Assembly: GCA_051362555.1 (NCBI GenBank)
Contig: CM120643.1
Coordinates: 6,758,001 to 6,822,000 of the forward strand
Source: Lingula anatina
Lineage: Eukaryota > Animalia > Brachiopoda
Length of the DNA stretch: 64,000 bases
Direction of reading: 5' to 3'
Part shown: positions 12,401-23,955 of the stretch, piece by piece
Position numbering within the stretch: the stretch's first letter is position 1
Layout of the letters: every line of letters starts with the position of its first letter
The notes under the pieces: model-generated
Database searches by the model: none
What the model saw: only the letters and a program-made list of their open reading frames with translations
What the model was told of the DNA's origin: nothing
Position numbers and translations under genes: made by a program

Positions 12401-13770
12401 TCCCACCAATACGCCCCATTTCTATTGATACCATACAAACTCAGCGTGTGTAGGAGTGTGAAAACTAAAGTAAATCAAAGTTCACGGAAAGGATATGCCA
12501 TGTAATAATTCGTAGGGGAGATAGGTAATCTTCTTTTGCTCTTTTTTGTAACCTGTCAATTTTGAGTAGAAATACAGGGAATCGGTGTCTCTCATTGCAC
12601 TTAGTCAATATAAATTCAAATATGTAAAAAACATCTTTCCTTTATCACGTAATTCGTCAGATGTAATAAAATACAGCATTTCCCTAGAAAACCTTTACCC
12701 CCTCTTGTGAATGCAATGTGCCGTCTGCAGAGCTCAGCGTCTGCTACCTCGCTGGATGCTTCGCGGTTCCCGGGATGTGAACAGTTAACGCGGTCCGAAA
12801 AATTTTAGGGAGAGTCAGATGAAATGTAGAGGGACCATGGCATCTATAAAGTTCTACAAGATGAAGCTGGAGATGGGGGCTAGTTTTACTCTTTTCTTTC
12901 AAAGTTTGCAATATACTCTGACTTTCAGTACCCGCATGCAACCAAAATATTTTGCTGGTATCTTGATACATCTCCCACTTGTGTCTCCCCCATAAAACGG
13001 TCCACACTAAAAAATTCAATAATCGTATGGCAATTTTATACAGGCAATTGACCTACTTTTATACCCGTACAGCTATTGTCGAGTTTTATGGCTATGGAGT
13101 GAAAACGTGATACACGTCTGTGATATAAAAATTACTTCTAATTACATAATTTACAAACAGTGCATTTGGAATAAAGGTGTCCAGATTTGTGAGCAAAAGA
13201 TGACATTGCTATTTGAAAATAATGAAAAAATTGGAGACAAGCCTAAATCAGAAAAAATGCATTTTTTTCTCTTATATGCAAATTAGGTTCCTTGAAGTAA
13301 TATAAGACTGGCCGGAAGTGATGTTCAGAGATTTGTAACGATGGTGATCTTGATGATCTTAATGGTGGTTCAAAAATATTATCAAAGTTTTCAGTTGTCA
13401 TCTGGTGAGAAAGAAATTTTCTGCACTAACACAATCATTCCACGAGTGAAAAATAATTAGTACACGCGCCTCAGAGATGCGCTGCAGACGTCACGGCTTT
13501 TGGGCGAAAATCACACGCGACATTTCGTCATAATTATTTGATATAGGTAAAAAACTGTGATTGAAAATGGATATCAGCAAAGCATTAAAATTTTGACAAC
13601 TTTTCTGTTTATTTGTGTTCGACAAGGATGAATTTAATTAGAATACCCCCTCTCTCTCTTTTTAAGCGAATATAAAGGAGAAAGCCGAGCGAAAAAAAAA
13701 ATAATGCGCATAACCGTCAAAATATTCAGAAGTAAAAAAATTCAGAGTTAAAAATCTTGTTGGCCACTAC
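12156..13770. repeat. ~1.6-kb interspersed repeat, copy 1 (non-autonomous, possibly Helitron/Helentron-like)
   Basis: Colinear with 29412-30965 starting at actgctcttccc. Small hairpin cgttg-c-caacg near the terminus; no TIR seen. Confidence 0.8.
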
Positions 13771-14646
13771 AGTTCCTCTTCATAGAGGATCACATGCAAA
13801 ATTTAAAGGCAACTTGTGGCCAATTGACTTACACTTTCACTAACTTCAGATAAAGATTATAAACATTATAAAGGAATCAAACAAGTTAAAGGATAGGGAG
13901 TTATTGAGTGTTGCGCCGACAGACAACTCACAACGTAAATAACAACAATAACAACAACAACAATCTACACGCAATATGGTAATGTGCATATCGGTAACGC
14001 AGTGGTGGATTAAGAGGTTTCTGAAAAATATATCGCACCAATATTCCCCTCTAGAAATTAAAATTTTGTCTAGCCTTTGTATATTTTTAATTGGAAAATC
14101 TACTTATTGATATATTATTATTCCATTTTTTCACAAAAATTATTTGTTTTTCTAATAAAAATTAAAGTGAAAGGGAAAAGATTAGAAGGAGAAAAAGAGC
14201 AACAATTGAACATACATATTTTCCCCCCAAATATCCTTTATTACAGTGAAATAATGAAGAACATACATACTATTGGCATGCATGTACCAAAAACAAAAAG
14301 ACTTTCACTAGTATCTAAAAATGAAAACCAATATATCTTCAAACATAAAGAACAATGCACCACCTCCAAAAGAATTAACAAAATTTCAAGCATGGCATTA
14401 CAGTATGGACAGACCTCTATTCAAACAAATAAAAAATACATCAATAGAACAATTTTAAATATCTAATTTCCTTGATCTGAAAACAGTAAAGGAACGAATC
14501 TGACAAACTACACTGATATAATTTTATTTCCATTTCTTATTCTTTATTTCACAATACACACTAACAGATTTACCATCATTTTAATATAAACAACTAACAA
14601 AATTGTTAAGATGCAGAAAATGTCAAAAGAACGTGTTTACATATGC

Positions 14647-14917
14647 AACTAAAAAAGCACTCGGAGAGCGCAGACCTCTGCCAAGTCAGCAAAGTCTCCA
14701 CCCAATGCCATTTCACCCCTAAATTTTCATTCTAAAATGATTAAGTCTTTTACTTTTGATTATTGATTGATTATTGTTCCGGATCACCACCAAAAACTAT
14801 TCATCTGTTCTTTGGCCCATTCTGACAGTTCCTGAAAATTTCATCAAAATCGGCTTTTTGAGTTATGTGGATGACAGACAAACAGGGGTGAAAACATAAC
14901 CTTTTTGGCGGAGGTAA
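14647..14917. mobile_element. Helentron-associated (HINE/DINE-like) short element, family A copy 1
   Basis: ACTA(G)AAAAGCACTCGGAGAGCGCAGACCTCTGCCAAG...TTGGCGGAGGTA with a subterminal inverted repeat and an ACAG/ACAA microsatellite; no TSD. Empty paralogous site at ~43915-43930. Confidence 0.7.
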
Positions 14918-15894
14918 TTAGTTCAATAATGAGACGGTTAACATGCCAAAGAATTGAAAGTAGCATAGGTGACAGCAATGTACGGACATGGCTGAAAATA
15001 AAAATCATATTTAAGTGAATGTTGCAATGGTGTGGGACAAATTTTCTTCCAGCCTTAATTTCTTAAAGCTTTTTTATTTGTACAACATTAATGAAATTTC
15101 TATCTGAAGACGTCTATACAAATGTCACATGACATACAGTTTAAAGCCAGAAGGAAAAAGCATTATTATGTCTTGTATATTGTAAAATTAAAATTGATCT
15201 TCTACCCTTTTCTGAACCAAGACAACAGTTCTTGGAATGTTGAGTACACCAAGGAAGCCAACACAGATGTATTTCTAGGATAATGTATTAAAACAAACTG
15301 CAAAATGCTATTTTGGATTTTCACCTGGATTCTTAATTTCAACTCCGCTTTTACATTAACTAAGCTGTATCATCTCCCTCACATTTTTAAATACAACAAA
15401 AATATCATTATTACGGGTCAGATTATACTTGTCATGGAACTTTTTTGTTGGTTGTATTTGCCTTAGCACTTCTTTTAATTCAGTCCCTTAATCCAGTTAA
15501 TATATGTGCTAACTACTATGTAATAATACAGTCTCATGGTTACGTCTTGCAATCTGTAAAGCCTACAGATTAATCAAGATTTTAAAAATCTGTTAACTGA
15601 TTTCTTGTTGTTAAATTAGCAACAAATAAACCAAATATTGGTATGAGAGTTCTTTGAGGAATATTTTATGTGCAAGCATGTGGGCTAAAGTTTCTGCAAA
15701 CAGAACATCAGCACAAACACTATATTCAAACAGGAGGACTGACTCTTTAATAGCGTAACATTTTATCTGGAATTGGAAAGCTTCACCCATAAAAGAACAA
15801 ATATATTATATGGGTTTAATATAACACTTCATAATAAAGTTCTATCATAACTACCAACAACTATTCTGCTTTGTGCGAGACATATTTCCTCTCG

Positions 15895-18800
15895 ACACAT
15901 GGATAAGACAAAGTGCTGCTCTTGGTGCTGTCTTTCACTGCCTGCTTTTTCATGGTAAGGGTACTCTGAAAAAAGAACAATATAACTGAAAAAACTGAAA
16001 ATTACATTGGAAAGACTAGCAAATCCAAGGACTAAAAATAGTTAAACGTTAATAATTTTGTCAAATCTTGTCTAATATTTCTGAAATTTGTACAAATGAT
16101 GCTTAACAATAATAAAAATCTGTGATAAGATGATCTGTTGACTGTATCTAATGAAAAGTGTTTTTTGGGACAATTAATTTAGGACAACTGAAATTTACAT
16201 TGAAAAGACTGGCAAATCCCATGACTTAAAATAGTTAAACGTTAATAATTTTGTCAAATCTTGTCCAATATTTCTGAAATTTGTACAAATGATGCTTAAC
16301 AACAATAAAAATCTGTGATTAGATGATCTGTTGACTGCATCTAATGAAAAGTGTTTTTTGGGACAACATATTTGGGAAAACTGAAATTTACATTGAAAAG
16401 ACTGGCAAATCTCATGGCTTAAAATAGTTAAACATTATTAATTTTGTCAAATCTGGTCAAATGTTTCTGAAATTTGTACAAATGATGCTTAACAACAATA
16501 AAAATCTGTGATAAGCTGATCAGTTGACTGTGTCAAATGAAAAGTGTCTTTTTGTGACAATATATTTGGGAAAACTGAAATTTACATTAAAAAGACTGGC
16601 AAATCCAAGGACTTCAAATAGTTAAACGTTAATAATTTTGTCAAATCTAGTCCAGTGTTTATGAAATTTGTACAAATGATGCTTAACAACAATAAAAACC
16701 TGTGATAAGCTGATCAAATGACTGTGTCTAATGAAAAATATCTTCTATCGACAATATCCTTGAAAAAACTGAAAAGTACACTGAAAAATCTGGCAAATTC
16801 CATGGCTTAAAATAGTTAAATGTTAATAATTTTGCAATGTGATTATCAAATAAAATAGCAAACGTGATGATTTGAGGTTGTTTGTGTAGGAGGTTGCAAA
16901 TTACCTATAACTGTTATCTGAAAAACAATATATACCCATACAAGACTTCTCCTTACTATCAATGCCAGATGCAGCTTACTCCTTACAATGGGTTTCTGGA
17001 ATGGGTTGTTGCTATCACAGTATTTGACAATGTCCTAAATCTTGCCTCATATCATGTATTGTACACATGGATAAGACATAGTGCTGCTCTTGGTGCTGTC
17101 TTTCACTGCCTGCATCTTCATGGTAAGGGTACTCTGGAAAAAGAAGAATATAACTGAAAAAACTGAAAATAACATAGAAAACGCTGGCAAATTCCATGAC
17201 ATAAAATAGTTAAACGTTAATAATTTTGTCAAATCTTGTCCAATATTTCTGAAATTTGTACAAATGATGCTTAACAACAATAAAAATCTGTGATTAGATG
17301 ATCTCTTGACTGCATTTAATGAAAAGTGTTTTTTGGGACAACATATTTGGGACAACTGAAATTTACATTGAAAAGACTGGCAAATCCAAGGACTTCAAAT
17401 AGTTAAACGTTAATAATTTTGTCAAATCTAGTCCAGTGTTTCTGAAATTTGTACAAATGATGCATAACAACAATAAAAATCAGTGATTAGATGATCTGTT
17501 GACCGTATCTAATGAAAAGTGTTTTTTGGGGCAACATATTTGGGAAAACTGAAATTTACATTGAAAAGACTGGCAAATCTCATGGCTTAAAATAGTTAAA
17601 CATTATTAATTTTGTCAAATCTGGTCAAATGTTTCTGAAATTTGTACAAATGATGCTTAACAACAATAAAAATCTGTGATAAGCTGATCAGTTGACTGTG
17701 TCAAATGAAAAGTGTCTTTTTGTGACAATATATTTGGGAAAACTGAAATTTACATTGAAAAGACTGGCAAATCCAAGGACTTCAAATAGTTAAACGTTAA
17801 TAATTTTGTCAAATCTACTCCAGTGTTTCTGAAATTTGTACAAATGATGCTTAACAACAATAAAAACCTGTGATAAGCTGATCAAATGACTGTGTTTAAT
17901 GAAAAGTATCTTCTTTTGACAATATCCTTGAAAAAACTGAAAATTACACTGAAAAATCTGGCAAATTCCATGGCTTAAAATAGTTAAATGTTAATAATTT
18001 TGCAATGTGATTATAAAATAAAATAGCAAATGTGATAATTTGAGGTTGTTTGTGTAGGAGGTTGCAAATTACCTATAACTGTCATCTGGAAAACAATATA
18101 TACCCAAACATGACTTCTCCTTACTATCAATGCCAGATGCAAATTACTCCTTACAATCGGTTTCTGGAATGGGTTGTTGTTATCACAACATTTGACAATG
18201 TCCTAAATCTTGCCACATATCATGTATTGTACACATGGATAAGACATAGTGCTGCTCTTGGTGCTGTCTTTCACTGCCTGCATCTTCATAGTAAGGGTAA
18301 CTCTGGAAAAAGAACAATATAACTGAAAAAACTGAAAATAACATAGAAAACGCTGGCAAATTCCATGACATAAAATAGTTAAACGTTAATAATTTTGTCA
18401 AATCTTGTCCAATATTTCTGAAATTTGTACAAATGATGCTTAACAACAATAAAAATCTGTGATTAGATGATCTGTTGACTGCATCTAATGAAAAGTGTTT
18501 TTTGGGACAACATATTTGGGACAACTGAAATTTACATTGAAAAGACTGGCAAATCCAAGGACTTCAAATAGTTAAATGTTAATAATTTTGTCAAATCTTG
18601 TCCAATATTTCTGAAATTTGTACAAATGATGCATAACAACAATAAAAATCAGTGATTAGATGATCTGTTGACTGTATCTAATGAAAAGTGTTTTTGGGGC
18701 AACATATTTGGGAAAACTGAAATTTACATTGAAAAGACTGGCAAATCTCATGGCTTAAAATAGTTAAACATTATTAATTTTGTCAAATCTGGTCAAATGT

Positions 18801-20400
18801 TTCTGAAATTTGTACAAATGATGCTTAACAACAATAAAAATCTGTGATAAGCTGATCAGTTGACTGTGTCAAATGAAAAGTGTCTTTTTGTGACAATATA
18901 TTTGGGAAAACTGAAATTTACATTAAAAAGACTGGCAAATCCAAGGACTTCAAATAGTTAAACGTTAATAATTTTGTCAAATCTAGTCCAGTGTTTCTGA
19001 AATTTGTACAAATGATGCTTAACAACAATAAAAACCTGTGATAAGCTGATCAAATGACTGTGTTTAATGAAAAGTATCTTCTTTTGACAATATCCTTGAA
19101 AAAACTGAAAATTACATTGAAAAATCTGGCAAATTCCATGGCTTAAAATAGTTAAATGTTAATAATTTTGCAATGTGATTATAAAATAAAATAGTAAATG
19201 TGATGATTTGAGGTTGTTTGTGTAGGAGGTTGCAAATTACCTATAACTGTTATCTGAAAAAACAATATATACCCAAACAAGACTTCTCCTTACTATCAAT
19301 GCCAGATGCAGATTACTCCTTACAATCGGTTTCTGGAATGGGTTGTTGTTATCACAATATTTGACAATGTCCTAAATCTTGCCACATATCATGTATTGTA
19401 CACATGGATAAGACATAGTGCTGCTCTTGGTGCTGTCTTTCACTGCCTGCATCTTCATGGTAAGGGTACTCTGGAAAAAGAACAATATAACTGAAAAAAC
19501 TGAAAATAACATAGAAAACGCTGGCAAATTCCATGACATAAAATAGTTAAACATTAATAATTTTGTCAAATTTTGTCCAATATTTCTGAAATTTGTACAA
19601 ATGATGCTTAACAACAATAAAAATCTGTGATTAGATGATCTGTTGACTGCATCTAATGAAAAGTGTTTTTTGGGACAACATATTTGGGAAAACTGAAATT
19701 TACATTGAAGGACTGGCAAATCCAAGGACTTCAAATAGTTAAAGGTTAATAATTTTGTCAAATCTAGTCCAGTGTTTCTGAAATTTGTACAAATGATGCT
19801 TAACAACAATAAAAACCTGTGATAAGCTGATCAAATGACTGTGTCTAATGAAAAATATCTTCTATCGACAATATCCTTGATAAAACTGAAAAGTACACTG
19901 AAAAATCTGGCAAATTCCATGGCTTAAAATAGTTAAATGTTAATAATTTTGCAATGTGATTATAAAATAAAATAGCAAACGTGATGATTTGAGGTTGTTT
20001 GTGTAGGAGGTTGCAAATTACCTATAACTGTTATCTGAAAAACAATATATACCCATACAAGACTTCTCCTTACTATCAATGCCAGATGCAGATTACTCCT
20101 TACAATGGGTTTCTGGAATGGGTTGTTGCTATCACAGTATTTGACAATGTCCTAAATCTTGCCTCATATCATGTATTGTACACATGGATAAGACATAGTG
20201 CTGCTCTTGGTGCTGTCTTTCACTGCCTGCATCTTCATGGTAAGGGTACTCTGGAAAAAGAACAATATAACTGAAAAAACTGAAAATAACATAGAAAACG
20301 CTGGCAAATTCCATGACATAAAATAGTTAAATGTTAATAATTTTGTCAAATCTAGTCCAATGTTTCTAAAATTTGTACAAATGATGCTTAACAATAATTT
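15895..20400. repeat. Higher-order satellite: ~194-bp monomers plus a ~390-bp block
   Basis: Monomer starts at ~15992, 16186, 16379, 16573 and 16768. Marker gtgtaggaggttgcaaattacc recurs at ~16884, 18052, 19220 and 20001 (periods 1168, 1168, 781). Confidence 0.92.
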
Positions 20401-20682
20401 AAATATATGTTGGAATTTACAACAGGTGACTATATACAACTTTTTCAATAGCAGTATATGAATCAGCTGTGCAACAATTTTTGAAATGGAATAATATCTG
20501 TAATTTAAAAGCTGGAACATAATTTATATCTTATTTTCTAACACAGAAATTTTAATTTTCTGCATAAAATGAACCCACTACCTGTCTCTCAATCCATGAG
20601 TGTGCTAAATTGACAAGCAATCTTTACAGCTTCATGAAGGCCATTACCCAGTGCACTACCTGACAACCCATTTCTTTGATAT

Positions 20683-20906
20683 CATCTTCATTCTAAGCAA
20701 TACTTACTACACCCTTCCTCATCACTGTTATCTCTACAGTCATTGTCCTGGTCACATCTTTATTCTAAGCAATACTTACTACACCCTTCCTCATCACTGA
20801 TAGCTCTACAGTCATTGTTGTGGTCACATCTTCATTCTAAGCAATACTTACTACACCCTTCCTCATCACTGTTATCTTTACAGTCATTGTCCTGGTCACA
20901 TCTTCA
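20683..20906. repeat. 69-bp tandem repeat (~3 copies) made from the 3' half of the LDLa exon plus its donor site
   Basis: Unit catcttcattctaagcaatacttactacacccttcctcatcactgttatctctacagtcattgtcctggtca repeated about three times. Confidence 0.85.
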
Positions 20907-20965
20907 TGATAAGTTGTTACAGCAGCCATTATCACATACAAACTTATATGGAGGACATGTGTGAT
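20852..20965 (-). pseudogene. LDL-receptor class A (LDLa) domain pseudo-exon
   Basis: Translates [36 protein letters not shown], the LDLa consensus with the conserved Trp codon changed to TGA (20904-20906). 114 nt, phase 1-1; donor gtaagt intact, acceptor AG changed to GG. Confidence 0.8.
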
Positions 20966-21310
20966 CCACAATAAAAAATACATCTTTAAAACAATCTACT
21001 TTATTTTCAAGTGTCTTAAAAACTGTTCCTTCAATTTCTTTGACAAAGCAATAAAATATCCGAGAGATTTATTTAAAAATTCTTACATCAGTAGCAACAC
21101 AAAATTACTCAAATATCAGGTATTACATTGAACAAGATGAAAAACTTGCTGAAAGGCTGTAATTAAGCAGCATTACAGATTCAAAAACTCACTGAAATAT
21201 GTCAAAAATCTAGAAGACAATGCAATCACCTTATGACGATTTATGAAACTCTATTGTTATCTGACCATCTTGAAAATAAGTCTGGAGTCATTGTGTTTTT
21301 TTTTTTATTT

Positions 21311-22335
21311 TAGTATAGTCCTGTGTCTCCTAGTACAGTGTAGTAGTCTGGAGTCATTGTGTCCCATTGTGGCAGTATAGTCTTGTGCCTCCTAGTGCAG
21401 TGTAGTAGTCTGGAGTCATTGTGTCCCATTGTGGCAGTATAGTCTTGTGCCTCCTAGTGCAGTGTAGTAGTCTGGAGTCATTGTGTCCCATTGTGGCAGT
21501 ATAGTCTTGTGCCTCCTAGTGCAGTGTAGTAGTCTTGAGTCATTGTGTTCCATTGTGGCAGTATAGTCCTGTGCCTCCTAGTACAGTGTAGTAGTCTGGA
21601 GTCATTGTGTTCCATTGTGGCAGTATAGTCCTGTGCCTCCTAGTACAGTGTAGTAGTCTGGAGTCATTGTGTTCCATTGTGGCAGTATAGTCCTGTGCCT
21701 CCTAGTGCAGTGTAGTAGTCTGGAGTCATTGTGTCCCATTGTGGCAGTATAGTCTTGTGCCTCCTAGTACAGTGTAGTATTCTGGAATCATTGTGTCCCA
21801 TTGTGGCAGTATAGTCTTGTGCCTCCTAGTGCAGTGTAGTAGTCTTGAGTCATTGTGTTCCATTGTGGCAGTATAGTCCTGTGCCTCCTAGTACAGTGTA
21901 GTAGTCTGGAGTCATTGTGTTCCATTGTGGCAGTATAGTCCTGTGCCTCCTAGTACAGTGTAGTAGTCTGGAGTCATTGTGTTCCATTGTGGCAGTATAG
22001 TCCTGTGCCTCCTAGTACAGTGTAGTAGTCTGGAGTCATTGTGTTCCATTGTGGCAGTATAGTCCTGTGCCTCCTAGTACAGTGTAGTAGTCTGGAGTCA
22101 TTGTGTTCCATTGTGGCAGTATAGTCCTGTGCCTCCTAGTACAGTGTAGTAGTCTGGAGTCATTGTGTTCCATTGTGGCAGTATAGTCCTGTGCCTCCTA
22201 GTACAGTGTAGTAGTCTGGAGTCATTGTGTTCCATTGTGGCAGTATAGTCCTGTGCCTCCTAGTACAGTGTAGTAGTCTGGAGTCATTGTGTTCCATTGT
22301 GGCAGTATGGTCCTGTGCCTCCTAGTACAGTGTGG
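21311..22335. repeat. 62-bp minisatellite, ~16 copies
   Basis: Near-identical copies of cagtatagtcctgtgcctcctagtacagtgtagtagtctggagtcattgtgttccattgtgg. Confidence 0.95.
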
Positions 22336-22719
22336 AGTCAGTGTGGAGTCAGATAATGGACTGGAAAAGACAAAGAAGTCAGTGATCAGGCACAAGATCC
22401 AGAATATTAGAGTAATAAAATTTCATTGGGTTTATTACATTAAATAAACTGCAAAGAAATATTTAAAAAAATAAACTTTCAAAAGTTAAGTCAAGGTTGA
22501 AGCATACACTGTACCAGTACTGATATTAAAGAGATGGGTTTATGGTGCTTTCTGAAACTCGGGATGGTAGTGCTAGTTCACGTAAGTGGACACGCCATGG
22601 GAAGTTTTAGTTGTTCATAGTTAAGTTCATATAATACTATTTCGACAGATGACTCAAAAGAAACAAGAAAAAGGCCCACTTAAAAATTATGTAAGCAGGA
22701 ATAACATCAGTTCTTCATT

Positions 22720-23050
22720 TTATTGCCTCACCTTCATAAGGCATTGGGTAATTGCAGATGAAACGGGAATGGCAAAACTGAAGTAGATGACTGCGTGCAA
22801 TCTTGCTAGATCTCCAAGAGCGCTTTTAATCTGCAGCGTCAACATTCTGAAGCATTTTGTAAAATCTTCACCAGCATTGCATCGTGATGTGAACAATGAA
22901 CAACTGACACAGTCGATACCATATGTGTCCGTCACTTTAGATGTCTCCTCCTGAATTCACCGATTAAATTTGTCAATAGAATCTATAACAAAACCATCTA
23001 AGAAAAGTGTCCTGATGTATGGTGAAACTCAGTGTGCAGAACGTTTGATG
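22720..23050 (-). mobile_element. possible hAT transposase C-terminal (dimerisation region) relic
   Basis: FLD...Y.ID and GDLARLHAVIYFSFAIPVSSA resemble the hAT L..L..I...IPVSSA motif. The expected ER.FS is absent and stops are present. Confidence 0.4.
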
Positions 23051-23329
23051 AAAATTCCGACTTTTCAGCGTCACCCTTTGCCTAGTCTACGCCATATAAA
23101 AATTGTTTAGTATAGATGGCGCTATGCAAGAGGTGAGACTTAGGATTTGTAAAGGACTGTGGCCAGTATCAACAACAAGTTCACCGCCTGCTTTCTAAGA
23201 AACTCTTGCGAGGAGGGAGAGAGTTCTGGAACCGCAATAGAAATGACCAGGGTCCAGGCACTGTGATATATATTACGATAAATTGTGAATTCTGTTATGT
23301 AGAAAGACTCAAGGTCGAGAGCTTCAACG

Positions 23330-23444
23330 AAGTGTCAATCTGATTGGTTTAAAGTTAAGGAAACAATACAGGAACTGTCCAATGAAATTCTTTTATACAA
23401 TAATTATTCCTGTTTATTGTTTTAGTAAACAAAGCAAAGAGACA
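23330..23444 (+). promoter_or_regulatory. Putative promoter/5' UTR of the CBM20 gene
   Basis: Two CCAAT boxes (ATTGG 23343-23347, CCAAT 23379-23383) lie 60-100 bp before the ATG. A possible acceptor at ~23425 means an upstream UTR exon is not excluded. Confidence 0.3.
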
Positions 23445-23919
23445 ATGTCTACACAGTCGCTGGTAAGTTTTATTTTTTATTCAAAACTGAAATTCTGTAG
23501 CAAGTTCAATGTAAGCCCACACAGCGCCTTTTTACTTTTTCATGATTTTTTATGTGGTTAATTTTTATTCTTAAAAAAATCATGTCACACGTTTTGCTGA
23601 TCATTCTGATAATGGTACAAATGCAAACATCACAAACTACCAAATAAAGATACAGGGGGCGTATTCTCAAAACTTCGTAACTTACAACAATTTGTAACTA
23701 TTTCGAGAATACGGCCCCAGAACTCCATGATTTGTATCTTGTTTAAGATGATTTCATTTATTTATTGTACATATTGCAGATGACAGCTGATATGGGAATT
23801 GAAATTAATAAAGAAGAACAGTGTGCTCGTAAGTTGTGTGTGTGTTTGTATAATCAGACTGTATATGTTTTATAATACAATATGGGCCAAAAACTACTCT
23901 TGCAATTATTTTGTTGTTA

Positions 23920-23955
<36 letters not shown>

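Noticed and set aside
16882-20520. Repeated 60-145 aa ORFs on both strands, and exon-like ttccag| and |gtaat sites within the satellite
   Set aside because: They are copies of the repeat unit with frameshifts between copies and no recognisable protein family.
21311-22335. CRISPR-like regular repeats (also 38690-39985)
   Set aside because: Units are contiguous with no unique spacers, there are no cas genes, and the context is eukaryotic.
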